Under the pieces are notes generated by a model. The model saw only the letters and a list, made by a program, of their open reading frames with translations. It searched no databases and had not been told where the DNA came from. DNA of 64,000 nucleotides. Origin: a bacterium. GTDB lineage: Bacteria > Bacteroidota > Bacteroidia > Bacteroidales > UBA932. The stretch lies in the NCBI GenBank assembly GCA_963652025.1, contig CAVJRU010000003.1, positions 2,168 to 66,167 on the forward strand, given 5' to 3'. The position numbers were made by a program, and so were the translations under genes. How positions within the stretch are numbered: the first letter of the stretch is position 1; each line of letters begins with the position of its first letter. This document shows, piece by piece, positions 51,134 to 61,066 of the stretch.

Positions 51134-53653
51134 ATGCAGGTACTCAAATTCGGCGGAAGCTCTGTTGCTGACGCCTCCGCAATGGCAAAAGTTGCCTCCA
51201 TCGTCTCCTCCGCAGTGGAAAGAGACCGCACGATGCTCGTCTGCTCGGCGATAAAAGGATTTACCGACGCTCTGATTCGCATAGGCCATCTTGCCGCGGC
51301 AAAGGACAAGGCGTATGAAGAGGTAATCGAGGAATTTCAGCAGAGGCACATTGACATAATCCGCGAACTTCTTCCGCTGGAAAAGCAGGAGGAAATGACG
51401 GATTTCTGCAAAGAACATTTTTCTTCGCTTCGGAGCATTGCCCACGGAGTGTATCTGCTTGGAGAGCTCAGTCCGGTGAGTCTTGACGCGATAATGTCGT
51501 TCGGAGAAATCCTTTCAACGCGAATCATCGCGACACGTCTCGCCTCGCTCGGAATTTCCACCAAATGGGTGGATGCGCGAGGTCTCATCAAGGTGGAGAA
51601 AAGGATTTCTCTCTCGGAAACCGCGGAGGTTGCCGCTCCGAGTGCGCCGCCTGTGGATATGAAAGCTACCGAGGAGGCCGTGAAGAGCCTTATTGACTCG
51701 AACGCGATTATCTCGCTTTTCGTCGTGCCGGGCTTCATTGCTTCCGATTCTCAGGGCCGTACGGCAACGCTTGGCCGCGGAGGCTCGGACTACACCGCCT
51801 CTCTTCTTGCCGTTTGCTGCAACGCGCGACTTCTGGAAATATGGACAGATGTGCCGGGAATGATGACGGCGAACCCGCGCCTTGCCCCTGCCGCCCGCAC
51901 AATCAGCAACATCTCCTACCGCGCCGCCCTCGAGCTGTCACACTTCGGAGCGAAAGTTATCTACCCGCCGACAATACAACCTGTTGTCGCTCAGGGAATT
52001 CCGATTTTCGTAAAGAATACCTTCGAGCCGGATGGAAAGGGCACTCTCATCGAAAAGAACCCGCCGCGCAGCAAGGACAACATAATAGGCATCTCAAATT
52101 CCGACAAGATAGCCCTCATCTCCCTTGAAGGCAGCGGAATGGTGGGCATCCCTGGTTTCTCAAGCAGGCTTTTCGACACTTTGAGCCGCAGCGGAGTGAA
52201 CATTATCCTCATCACGCAGGCCTCTTCCGTGCACACAATGTGCATCGCCGTCTCGGAAGCCGATGCTCCAAAAGCGAAGGAAGCTGCCGACAAGTGCTTT
52301 GCCTACGAGATTTCCCTTGGAAAACTCAATCCGCTTAAGGTGGAGACCGGCTACTCGATTCTCTGCCTTGTGGGCGACGACATAATGAACCAGTCCGGCA
52401 CCACTGGAAGGCTTCTTTCTGCACTTTCCCGCCGGAGCATACCGATTCGTGCAATCGCCCAGGGCTCATCGGAGAGAAACATTTCCGTGATTGTGCCATC
52501 GGAGGACATCCCTTCGGCAGTTCTTAGCATCCACAAGGAGTTTTTCGAGAAATCATCCCTTCGGGAAATAAATCTTTTCATCGCCGGATTCGGCACCGTG
52601 GGACGCGCTCTCGTGCAGATTATCGCAGAGAATAGGGACAAAATCACCGCGCGTACCGGAAAGAGGCTTAATGTCGTGGGAATCAGCAACAGCAGGCACT
52701 ATGTGATTGCGCCTGAGGGACTTGCAATCTCTTCCGCGAAAGATGTCGAGTCGCTTTTGAATGCCGGAGAATCCGCGCAGGACGACGCCTATTTCAAGGC
52801 GCTTGCCGAGATTTCGATGGAGAACTCAGTCTTTGTGGACTGCACCGCAAGTTCCGACATCTCCTACAAATACATAAACCTTTTCCGCAGGGGATATTCA
52901 GTAGTCGCCTGCAACAAAATCACCTTCTCAGCCCCATACGCCCAGTACTCCGCTCTCAAGGCCGCCGCAGTGCAGACCGGAGCGTCGCTTCGCTATGAGA
53001 CCACAGTGGGAGCCGCCCTTCCGATTCTTGAGTCCGTTTCCCGCAGCATCAACTCCGGTGACAGGATTCACAGCATTGAGGCAGTTCTGAGCGGTACGAT
53101 GAACTACATCTACTCCACCTACGCGGGCGGTCCTGCCTGTGGAGCCTCCCAGACTTTCGCCCAGGTGGTGCGTGCAGCGCAGGATGCGGGCTACACCGAG
53201 CCTGACCCGAGGCTTGACCTTAGCGGAAGGGATGTTCTGAGAAAACTTCTCATTCTCTCGCGCGAGGCCGGTGTGGCTGTCGATGAGAAGGATGTGGAGA
53301 TGACCCCTGTGCTGGGTCCTGAGTTCTTCTCTGTGAAGGTGGACGAGTTCTACAAACTTTTGGAGGAAAATGAGGCAGCCTTCTCGGAGCGTTTCAGAGC
53401 CGCTGCAGAAAAGGGTTGCAGACTGCGCTTTGTGGCTTCCCTGGAGGCCGAATATGCAGGCGATGACTCAAAGTACAAGGCAAGCATAGCCCTGAAGGAA
53501 GTGCCGGAGGGCCATCCTCTCTACAACCTTTGCGGAACCGACAACTCTGCCATCATCCGGACCGACTTCTACCCTTCACCTCTTGTCATTCAGGGGGCAG
53601 GCGCTGGGGCGTTCCAGACTGCGAGCGGAGTGCTGAACGACATCTTGAAATAG
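51134..53653 (+). CDS. thrA: Bifunctional aspartokinase / homoserine dehydrogenase
   Basis: 839 aa. The N-terminal aspartokinase region contains MQVLKFGGSSVADA, GRGGSDYTAS and ACT repeats. The C-terminal homoserine dehydrogenase region contains FIAGFGTVGRAL. Confidence 0.9.
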   Translation: MQVLKFGGSSVADASAMAKVASIVSSAVERDRTMLVCSAIKGFTDALIRIGHLAAAKDKAYEEVIEEFQQRHIDIIRELLPLEKQEEMTDFCKEHFSSLRSIAHGVYLLGELSPVSLDAIMSFGEILSTRIIATRLASLGISTKWVDARGLIKVEKRISLSETAEVAAPSAPPVDMKATEEAVKSLIDSNAIISLFVVPGFIASDSQGRTATLGRGGSDYTASLLAVCCNARLLEIWTDVPGMMTANPRLAPAARTISNISYRAALELSHFGAKVIYPPTIQPVVAQGIPIFVKNTFEPDGKGTLIEKNPPRSKDNIIGISNSDKIALISLEGSGMVGIPGFSSRLFDTLSRSGVNIILITQASSVHTMCIAVSEADAPKAKEAADKCFAYEISLGKLNPLKVETGYSILCLVGDDIMNQSGTTGRLLSALSRRSIPIRAIAQGSSERNISVIVPSEDIPSAVLSIHKEFFEKSSLREINLFIAGFGTVGRALVQIIAENRDKITARTGKRLNVVGISNSRHYVIAPEGLAISSAKDVESLLNAGESAQDDAYFKALAEISMENSVFVDCTASSDISYKYINLFRRGYSVVACNKITFSAPYAQYSALKAAAVQTGASLRYETTVGAALPILESVSRSINSGDRIHSIEAVLSGTMNYIYSTYAGGPACGASQTFAQVVRAAQDAGYTEPDPRLDLSGRDVLRKLLILSREAGVAVDEKDVEMTPVLGPEFFSVKVDEFYKLLEENEAAFSERFRAAAEKGCRLRFVASLEAEYAGDDSKYKASIALKEVPEGHPLYNLCGTDNSAIIRTDFYPSPLVIQGAGAGAFQTASGVLNDILK

Positions 53654-53706
53654 TGGCCTTCTGAATGCGGTCTGACGCGTTAATTTGATAACAAAACTAC
53701 TACATA

Positions 53707-54786
53707 ATGGAACAGAATAAATACACTGAAATCGTTTCAAAATTTGCTGTTGAAGGCGAAATCGTCTCCATCAAGCCTCTCGGCGAGGGTTTTATCAACG
53801 ACACCCTCATCGTGAAAACCGCCGGAGATGCCCCGGACTACATCCTTCAGAGGAAGAACAAGTCTGTTTTCCCGGATGTTCCCGCTATGATGGAGAACAT
53901 CTGGAAAGTGACAAACCACATTAAGAAAAAGGTGCAGAACCCTCTCCGAGAGACTCTTACCGTTGTTCCGGCAAGGGACGGAAAACTCTACTACGAGGAC
54001 CAGGAGGGCGAATTCTGGGCTATGTGCATATTCATTGACGGGACATCGTCCTACGTGATGGCTGACACCCCGGCTCTTGCCTATCAGGGCGGAGTGGGAA
54101 TCGGACGCTTCCAGGAGCTGCTTTCGGACTTCAATGAGCCTCTTGTGGAGGTGATAAAAGGTTTCCATAACCTCAGGTGGCGTTTCCAACAGTGGGACGA
54201 AACTCTCGCGAAGGACCCTGTGGGAAGAGTTGCGGAGTGCAAGGAAGAAATCAGCTGGATTGAGTCCAGGAGGAAAGAGATTCTTGACTTTGCCGCCCTT
54301 GTCGAAAATGGAACCATCCCTTGCAGAGTGACCCATAACGACACGAAAATCAGCAATATACTCTTTGACGCTGCATCTGGCGAGGTTCTCTGTGCGATTG
54401 ACCTTGACACGGTTATGAGCGCGACGGTTCTCAACGACGTTGGAGACGCCCTGCGCTGCTACACCAACACCGGAGCCGAGGATGCCGAGGACCTTTCAAC
54501 TGTTTCGATGTCTCTGGATATGTTCACCGCTTACATTAAGGGCTATCTATCCGAGATGGGAAGCGCGCTTTGCCCGGCAGAGAAAAAGTATCTTGCCTTT
54601 TCCGGCCGCTACATCACCTTCGAGCAGGTGCTCCGCTTCCTGATGGACTACATCGACGGAGACAACTACTACAAAATCAAATACCCTAAGCACAACTTGG
54701 TTCGCGCCCGCGCCCAGTACCGTCTTCTTCAGTCGATGGAGGAGCAGTACCCGCAGATGTGCGAGGTAGTAAAGTCTTTGCTTTAA
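53707..54786 (+). CDS. APH-fold sugar kinase, N-acetylhexosamine 1-kinase (NahK)-like
   Basis: 359 aa. The motifs RVTHNDTKISNILFD, IDLDTVM and KYPKHNLVRARAQYRLL align by eye with Bifidobacterium NahK (THNDTKLNNI, IDLDTIM, KYPEHNLVRTRTQ), as recalled from memory. Confidence 0.7.
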   Translation: MEQNKYTEIVSKFAVEGEIVSIKPLGEGFINDTLIVKTAGDAPDYILQRKNKSVFPDVPAMMENIWKVTNHIKKKVQNPLRETLTVVPARDGKLYYEDQEGEFWAMCIFIDGTSSYVMADTPALAYQGGVGIGRFQELLSDFNEPLVEVIKGFHNLRWRFQQWDETLAKDPVGRVAECKEEISWIESRRKEILDFAALVENGTIPCRVTHNDTKISNILFDAASGEVLCAIDLDTVMSATVLNDVGDALRCYTNTGAEDAEDLSTVSMSLDMFTAYIKGYLSEMGSALCPAEKKYLAFSGRYITFEQVLRFLMDYIDGDNYYKIKYPKHNLVRARAQYRLLQSMEEQYPQMCEVVKSLL

Positions 54787-54804
54787 TCGACTGTCATATA
54801 AACG

Positions 54805-54836
54805 AAAAGGAGATGGCCGGGTGGTCATCTCCTTTT
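54805..54836. terminator. Bidirectional terminator hairpin between convergent genes
   Basis: AAAAGGAGATGGCC-GGGT-GGTCATCTCCTTTT. Confidence 0.65.
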
Positions 54837-54856
54837 TGTATTATATCCGCTTGCCT

Positions 54857-56197
54857 CTAATCTTCAACCAGACAAGCGTCCAAATCCTTAATTATCTGCT
54901 CCTTATCCATCTTCTGGCCGATGAAAACGAGCTTCTGCATCCTGTCGCCGTACTTAGGGTCCCAGTCCTTAAGGAAGTTCGGGTCCTCCTGGGCAATCTG
55001 CTTCAGGTCCTCCTCAGGGGCTGTGGCGTACCACTTTCCGGCGGCCTTGAGCTGGAACTGGCGGCCGGCCTGCTCGAAGAGGAAGGACATTGACGTGTCG
55101 TCGCTGAAATAGCACAGGCCCTTCGCCCTGATGACGCTCTTCGGCCAGTGTTTGGCGACGAAGTTGTCAAATTTGTTCATATCGAAGGCAGGGCGGCGGC
55201 AGTAAACGAATGTTCCGATGCCGTACTCTTCAGCCTCACCCTCCTCGTGGTCGTGATGGTGGTGGTGGTGATGATGCCCGTGCTCCTCCTCCTCGTCGTC
55301 ATCGTCGTCGTCGTGATGATGCTCGTGTTCGTCGTCATCGTCATCATCGTCATCGTCGTGGTGGTGGTGATGATGCTCGTGTTCGTCGTCATCGTCGTGG
55401 TGATGATGGTGCTCCTCGTGCTCGTCGTCGTCATCATCGTCATCATCGTGACCCTCGTCGTAGTCGGACTCAATGCCTTTAATCCAACCTGCAGAACCTG
55501 CAACGTCGTTGTAATCAAAGAGATTGGTGTCAAGAATCTTCTCGAACGCCACGTCGCCGAAGTCGCACTCTATAATCTCCGCCTTTGGCTGGAGGGAACG
55601 GATAATCGCCTTGATTCTCTCCCTTTCCTTCGCCGAAACCTCGGACGCCTTGTTCAGAAGCACAATGTTGCAGAACTCAATCTGCTGAATGAGAAGGTTC
55701 TCGATGTCCTCCTCGCCGATGTTATTCATCACAAGGGTGTCTCCGCAGTTGAACTCGCTCTGCATCCTCATAGCGTCGACCACAGTCACGATGCAGTCAA
55801 GCCTTGCTGTGCCGTATTTCGTGTAAAGCCCTCCAAGAGAAGGGATGCTGCAGATGGTGCGCGCAATCGGCTCCGGTTCGCAGATGCCGCTCGCCTCGAT
55901 TACGAGGTAGTCGAACTTCTGCATACGGGTGATTTCGTAAATCTGCTCAATCAGGTCGCCCTTCAGGGTGCAGCAGATGCAACCGTTCTGAAGTGCCACG
56001 AGACTCTCGTCCTTCTTTCCCACAATGCCGCCCTTCTGGATGAGGTCAGCATCAATGTTCACTTCGCCTATGTCGTTGACTATCACAGCGAAACGTATTC
56101 CCTGTTTATTTGAAAGAATGCGGTTGAGAAGAGTTGTCTTGCCGCTGCCGAGGTAGCCGGTGAGAAGCAGGACTGGAATCTGAGGATTTTTTTCCAT
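54857..56197 (-). CDS. COG0523 / CobW-family G3E GTPase metallochaperone with a very long His/Asp-rich insert
   Basis: 446 aa. The P-loop is GYLGSGKTT and the metal-binding motif is GCICCTLKG. Residues 245-317 (nt ~55223-55465) hold 28 His and 30 Asp by my count. A CobW C-terminal domain follows. Confidence 0.85.
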   Translation of the reverse strand: MEKNPQIPVLLLTGYLGSGKTTLLNRILSNKQGIRFAVIVNDIGEVNIDADLIQKGGIVGKKDESLVALQNGCICCTLKGDLIEQIYEITRMQKFDYLVIEASGICEPEPIARTICSIPSLGGLYTKYGTARLDCIVTVVDAMRMQSEFNCGDTLVMNNIGEEDIENLLIQQIEFCNIVLLNKASEVSAKERERIKAIIRSLQPKAEIIECDFGDVAFEKILDTNLFDYNDVAGSAGWIKGIESDYDEGHDDDDDDDDEHEEHHHHHDDDDEHEHHHHHHDDDDDDDDDEHEHHHDDDDDDEEEEHGHHHHHHHHDHEEGEAEEYGIGTFVYCRRPAFDMNKFDNFVAKHWPKSVIRAKGLCYFSDDTSMSFLFEQAGRQFQLKAAGKWYATAPEEDLKQIAQEDPNFLKDWDPKYGDRMQKLVFIGQKMDKEQIIKDLDACLVED

Positions 56198-56326
56198 AAT
56201 TATATCGTTTTATTTCATTCACATAAAATCCATCTCTGACATTTTGGCAGAGATGAAGCCCCGCCCCAGTCGGCGCGGGAAGCACATTATATAAGGTCAA
56301 AGTCTATGCCTGTGGAGAAAAAACCT

Positions 56327-56334
56327 TATCTTTG
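56327..56334 (+). promoter_or_regulatory. -7 box TATCTTTG for ubiE/menG
   Basis: A TAnnTTTG match about 73 nt upstream of ATG 56407. Confidence 0.35.
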
Positions 56335-56406
56335 CCGGCGGTTGTCAGCCTGCTGGCCCGGGTGCACCCTTGGAGAGCCGCAATATCCCTGCAACCGCCC
56401 TGCCTT

Positions 56407-57108
56407 ATGCCAAAGAAAGAAGCCGTAGAAAAGATGTTCAACAGCATCGCACCGGAATATGACGCATTGAATCACATACTTTCGCTAAATATCGATAAAC
56501 TGTGGCGGCGCAAAGCTGTGCGCAAACTGCTCCCCAAAGACGCCCCTGCGGAGATTCTTGATGTAGCCTGCGGAACTGGAGACTTTTCAATCGCAGTTGC
56601 AAAGCGCAGCAAGAATGCCCGGATAATCGGCATAGACCTTTCTGACGGTATGCTTGAAGGAGGCAGGGCAAAAGTTGCTGCGGCAGGACTTTCTCAGAGG
56701 GTTGACCTTAGGAAAGGGGACTGCGAGGCGCTGGAGTTTGCTGGCGGAACCTTTGACGGGGTATGCGTCGGATTTGGAGTGAGAAATTTCGAACACCTGG
56801 AGGCGGGCCTAAAAGAAATGCTCCGAGTCCTCAAGAGCGGAGCACCGCTTGTCGTTCTGGAACTTTCCGTTCCCCAGAACCGCTTCCTGCTTGCTTTGTA
56901 CAAGCTTTATTTCTTGAAAATTCTTCCGTGGATTGGCGGACATATGAGCGGGAACAAGGCCGCCTACCGTTACCTCCCCGCTTCAGTTCTGAATTTCCCT
57001 CTCCCGAAGGAGTTCAAGGAGATTCTCGCCCGTTGCGGCTTTACAGAAATCCGGCACACCCCGCTGACTTTGGGGATATGCCGGATGTACACCGCTATAA
57101 AGAAATAG
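56407..57108 (+). CDS. ubiE: Demethylmenaquinone methyltransferase (UbiE/MenG)
   Basis: I place the start at MPKKEAVEKMFNSIAPEYDALNHILSL (ATG 56407). The SAM motif is LDVACGTGDF. Confidence 0.85.
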   Translation: MPKKEAVEKMFNSIAPEYDALNHILSLNIDKLWRRKAVRKLLPKDAPAEILDVACGTGDFSIAVAKRSKNARIIGIDLSDGMLEGGRAKVAAAGLSQRVDLRKGDCEALEFAGGTFDGVCVGFGVRNFEHLEAGLKEMLRVLKSGAPLVVLELSVPQNRFLLALYKLYFLKILPWIGGHMSGNKAAYRYLPASVLNFPLPKEFKEILARCGFTEIRHTPLTLGICRMYTAIKK

Positions 57109-57133
57109 TAAGGGTGGGGTAGAGGCTAAATCT

Positions 57134-58039
57134 CTACCAGAGATAAACGTTGAATGACACCACGATGCACAGCGACAGCAGGAACGTAGCCATCACCAGC
57201 ATAGGCAAGTACTTGTCCAGTTCCCTCTCCGAGTGCTTCCACACTCCGACAATGTGAACCACATAGAGCGGCAGCGGAAGCAGGCACAGAAGATTCCACC
57301 AGTCGAACATCCTGCAGAAGAAAATGTATGAAATCATCGCCGCCCAGCCGAGGGTGATGAGGATGGTCTGGTATATCCTTGCATTCCTTTCTCCGAGTTT
57401 CATCGCAACGGTTGTTCTTGTGACCGCGTCGGTCTTCATATCTCTGATGTTGTTGACATTCAGCACTCCCACGCTGAAAAGCCCGACTGCCGAAGCGGGA
57501 AGAAGAAGCAGCGCGCTCGGAATTTCGTGAGCCACAACGAAATAGGCTCCGAGAACCGATGCAAGGCCGAAGAAAATGAAAACGGCCAGGTCTCCGCCGG
57601 CGTGGTAGCCGTAGGGGTGGCGTCCGAGAGTGTACCGCATCGCCGCGATGATGGCGAAACCGCCAAGAACAATAAGAAGAATCGGCTCCAACTGGCGGAA
57701 AGTTCCGTAGGAGGAGTAGATCATCCCAAGACCGCTGAGGCAGCTCAGAATCGCATAGAAGGCAATCATCCCGCGAAAATCCTTGTCAGAGAGATTTCCT
57801 GTGGAATAGACAGGTCCCTGGCGGTCATCAGTGTCGGTGCCGCTGAGATAGTCCCCGTATTCGTTGGAAACGTTCGAGAGAAGCTGAAGGCAGACCGCCG
57901 TAAGGCACACGAGTGTGGCGGTGAGGATGCTGATGTTGTAGTCAGCTGCGGCAAGACCGATTCCGGTAATGACCCCTGCAAGAGAGAGGGGAAGTGTGCG
58001 GAAACGCGCCGAACGAAGATAGTATTTGAATTTGCTCAT
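57134..58039 (-). CDS. menA: 1,4-dihydroxy-2-naphthoate polyprenyltransferase
   Basis: 301 aa, a UbiA-family polytopic protein. It contains SARFRTLPLSLAGVITG, NEYGDYLSGTD and NNIRDMKTD. Confidence 0.85.
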   Translation of the reverse strand: MSKFKYYLRSARFRTLPLSLAGVITGIGLAAADYNISILTATLVCLTAVCLQLLSNVSNEYGDYLSGTDTDDRQGPVYSTGNLSDKDFRGMIAFYAILSCLSGLGMIYSSYGTFRQLEPILLIVLGGFAIIAAMRYTLGRHPYGYHAGGDLAVFIFFGLASVLGAYFVVAHEIPSALLLLPASAVGLFSVGVLNVNNIRDMKTDAVTRTTVAMKLGERNARIYQTILITLGWAAMISYIFFCRMFDWWNLLCLLPLPLYVVHIVGVWKHSERELDKYLPMLVMATFLLSLCIVVSFNVYLW

Positions 58040-58085
58040 ATATTTAATTAAAATTTTGGGGTTGCAAATCTACTAAATCTTTCCT

Positions 58086-59228
58086 TTATCTGGATTTTCC
58101 CGGTGCGGAAAGTCTCTTGCGAACGGGTTTGTCGTAAAAGACTGTGCAAAGATAGCCCAACGCTATGGATACAACAATTGCTAGAAGGGCAGCCGTCCAA
58201 GTCTCCCCGAAGGAAGTCACTCCGCATTCCCTGCAGCGGATGAGGTGCGCATAGAAAAGGTACATCACAGGGTAATGGGTCATATAGAGAGGGTAGGAGA
58301 GGTCTCCCAGAAAGCGGCAGAGCCTCTCGGTCTTTCCGTCCACCTGCCCCGAGGCCCCTATCCAGAGGAGAGTTGGGAAAACGAAGAATTTGCAGACGAG
58401 TTCATACAGACCGTTAAGGCTGAATCCTCCGACTTTGGGAATGTACGGGACTATGAAAAGGGATAGCAGCACCAGGGAGCAGAGTGCGAAAGAATACCTC
58501 ACCCGAACAACCGGGCGGAAAATCCTGCTCACAAGCATTCCGAGAGTGAACGGGAACAACATCCTGAGCAGTCCGCCGCAAAAATTCAGAGAGTCCAGGG
58601 TCCATCCCAAACCAAACGAGTCCCCTCCGCTCACGTCCGCGAGAGTGCAGCCTGCAAGGGCCGCTCCGAGAACCACCGTAAGCCCCGCAAGGGCGCGGGT
58701 GGAGAGCCTCCGTAGGAAAAGCGCATAGAGAACGTTGCCTATGTATTCAAAGAAAAGGCTCCACGAGGGCCCGTTCAGAGGGAACATTTCCCCGTTTCCG
58801 CGCACTTCGTATGAGGCACCCGGGACGGAAGGAATCATAAACATCGCCATCAACAGAGAGAGCATAACCGCCGACGTCGCGACGTGGGTCCCGTCCCACT
58901 GCAGGCAGCCTCCAAGGACAAAACTTGTCGCGCCCACGAGGGCTCCGAGGACGACCATAGGATGCAGCCTGATGAGCCTGCGGCTGAAAAACTCCTTGAG
59001 TGTGAATCCCTTTTTCCAGCGGTCGTCGTAGGCATAGCCCAGCACAAAGCCTGAAAGGATGAAAAAGAAATCCACAGCAAGGTAGCCGTGGTTTATTCCC
59101 TCGATGCAGGGGGTGCCGTAGGCGAAGGAATAGCCTTCGGCGATGTGGTAGAACAGGACGAGAAGCGCCGCAACGCCCCTCAGTCCGTCAAGAATTTCAT
59201 AATGCGGTTTGCTGTCCGAAAATGCCAT
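58086..59228 (-). CDS. Acyltransferase family 3 (OatA/OafA-like membrane O-acyltransferase)
   Basis: 380 aa and polytopic. The N-terminal motif LDGLRGVAALLVLFYH is typical of Acyl_transf_3. Confidence 0.75.
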   Translation of the reverse strand: MAFSDSKPHYEILDGLRGVAALLVLFYHIAEGYSFAYGTPCIEGINHGYLAVDFFFILSGFVLGYAYDDRWKKGFTLKEFFSRRLIRLHPMVVLGALVGATSFVLGGCLQWDGTHVATSAVMLSLLMAMFMIPSVPGASYEVRGNGEMFPLNGPSWSLFFEYIGNVLYALFLRRLSTRALAGLTVVLGAALAGCTLADVSGGDSFGLGWTLDSLNFCGGLLRMLFPFTLGMLVSRIFRPVVRVRYSFALCSLVLLSLFIVPYIPKVGGFSLNGLYELVCKFFVFPTLLWIGASGQVDGKTERLCRFLGDLSYPLYMTHYPVMYLFYAHLIRCRECGVTSFGETWTAALLAIVVSIALGYLCTVFYDKPVRKRLSAPGKSR

Positions 59229-59274
59229 AATTGGTGAGCTCTAAGTGTCTGACTTGCAAAGAGTCGGGCTAAAA

Positions 59275-61011
59275 TCACTTCCCGATTAAAATCCGGCGGC
59301 GGAGCCGGGTGGTCGGGTATGCGTCGCTACGTATAACCTCCTTGTCGCTCTCCGGAAGTTCCTTAATCTCTTCCTCGCTCTCGCGGCAGACAGGATTGTA
59401 CTCAATCCAGTCCACAGGAACGCTGTGGAACGCCCCGTCGCCTCCCAAGACGTTCACATAATCGGTGTGCTCAGTCCCGCTGAAGCCGTGCGCGCTGACC
59501 CTGATGGTCTTTTTTCCGTCTTTTTCCTCGTGAAGAAGCGAAGTCTTGAGAATGTTCTCCGTTATGGATGAAGGGTGAGCGTAGTGGCTATCGCCCCTGT
59601 AATTCGCGATTGACTCCCATTCCCAGTAAGATGAATCGCGGACAAGGTCCTCGCCGTATATTTCTTTCCTTGTGCGGGTCTGCTGATACAGAGGAATGGA
59701 CAGAAGGGGAGCGAAGGCGAAATAGATTGCCTTGAAATACGCCTCATTGTCCCGAAGAAAACGTGCCTTGACCTCCTTGAGCGAATATCCTCTCCATCTT
59801 TCAGGATCCGTGTCGAGACGGAATCCGCGAAGGTGCTCGGGGAAAACGAGATTTATCATCTTGGACTTCAAGATGGAAAAATCATCTCCGTACCCGACAG
59901 AGCGGTCCTTCATCAGCTCCAGCAGGGCTGTCTGTGCAAGGGGAGTGAACAGAAGACGGTACTGAACCTCATTGTCGCGGTCCGTCGTGGAAAACAGAAC
60001 CTCGAACTCTTCGTTGGCCATAAGCGTGTAGTCGCTGTCGTCGTCAAGAGTCTGGCTGAATTTCTGAAGGCGGTGAAGCTTTCTTTTCCTTCTGAAATTC
60101 TTGTCCACATCGGATAGACCTTCCGGTTTCCTGGAAAAATTGAGGTCAGGAGCAGCCTCGTTGGCATAGAGCAGGAAAGTCTGTTTACTGAAGTCCGGGC
60201 AGGGCTTCACCACGTGGGCGTAGAGTGTCTGAGAACGGGTGACGGTCGTCCAATTGCCGTTCTGGTCACGAACCTTTTCGGTCCAATAGATGACCCGGCT
60301 TCCGGTGTAGGTCTTTGTGCCCCAGGCAAAATTGCGAAGCGTAGCAATCACGAACGGATTTCCCTTGATTTCTCCGCTGTGGGCGAAAAGCACGGAGGAA
60401 TCCTCGTTCAGATAGCCTCCGTAGCCGAATTCCGAACTGATTTGCTGAAGCCTTGCCGCATTGAAATAGGGGTCGAACTCTATGGAGGGAACGGTCTTGG
60501 AGATGAGTTTCGTGGGAATATCCCAGCTGAAAAGGGCGTTGAGCGGAGCCATCTGCTCGTATGCAGTGCCGATAAGCTCATCTTTCTTCTGCTGCTGCTT
60601 TTCCACTTCGTCCTTTATTGCGTTGATTTTTCCCCGAAGTCGAGTTATGCAGAGGACAATGCCGGTCACGCCCACAGCGCAAAGTCCCATCGCCAAAATA
60701 AGCGACCACAACTCGTCCAGTCCCCATTCCGCTACCATCAGAACGAAATCCGTGTAGAAAACAAGCGGAAGAAGAAGTAGGACGCAGACAATAATTATAA
60801 AGGTGAAGAGCAGCCACATCCCGGAGATTTTTTCCTCGCTCTCCGCAATCTTCCTGCTCAGCGAGTCAATCTCCCGGCAAGTCGCCGCATTCGCTTCCGC
60901 ATCCACTCCGGACTGCTTTTCCATAGAGGCAAAAGCCTCCTCCGCATTCTTGGCAAATTCAGCCCGAAATTCATCTCGGTATTGCTGAAGAGGCTCGTGG
61001 ATGTCGCTCAT
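59275..61011 (-). CDS. Hypothetical 578-aa membrane protein (helical N-terminus, 2 TM helices, coiled coil, ~430-aa unrecognised C-terminal domain)
   Basis: A long ORF with no competing frame. The TM helices are WLLFTFIIIVCVLLLLPLVFY and LWSLILAMGLCAVGVTGIVLCI. It lies on the same strand as lemA, 55 nt downstream. I recognise no motif. Confidence 0.6.
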   Translation of the reverse strand: MSDIHEPLQQYRDEFRAEFAKNAEEAFASMEKQSGVDAEANAATCREIDSLSRKIAESEEKISGMWLLFTFIIIVCVLLLLPLVFYTDFVLMVAEWGLDELWSLILAMGLCAVGVTGIVLCITRLRGKINAIKDEVEKQQQKKDELIGTAYEQMAPLNALFSWDIPTKLISKTVPSIEFDPYFNAARLQQISSEFGYGGYLNEDSSVLFAHSGEIKGNPFVIATLRNFAWGTKTYTGSRVIYWTEKVRDQNGNWTTVTRSQTLYAHVVKPCPDFSKQTFLLYANEAAPDLNFSRKPEGLSDVDKNFRRKRKLHRLQKFSQTLDDDSDYTLMANEEFEVLFSTTDRDNEVQYRLLFTPLAQTALLELMKDRSVGYGDDFSILKSKMINLVFPEHLRGFRLDTDPERWRGYSLKEVKARFLRDNEAYFKAIYFAFAPLLSIPLYQQTRTRKEIYGEDLVRDSSYWEWESIANYRGDSHYAHPSSITENILKTSLLHEEKDGKKTIRVSAHGFSGTEHTDYVNVLGGDGAFHSVPVDWIEYNPVCRESEEEIKELPESDKEVIRSDAYPTTRLRRRILIGK

Positions 61012-61066
61012 TGTGAGAATTGTCGCTAGGAAAGAAACGCAATAGGCCGCTTTTTATCAGCTCTCT

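Noticed and set aside
55223-55465. A periodic GTCGTC/ATCATC/GTGGTG DNA repeat that could be mistaken for a CRISPR-like or satellite array.
   Set aside because: It is the in-frame coding sequence of the His/Asp tract of the COG0523 protein. There is no repeat-spacer architecture. No CRISPR array was seen anywhere in the window.
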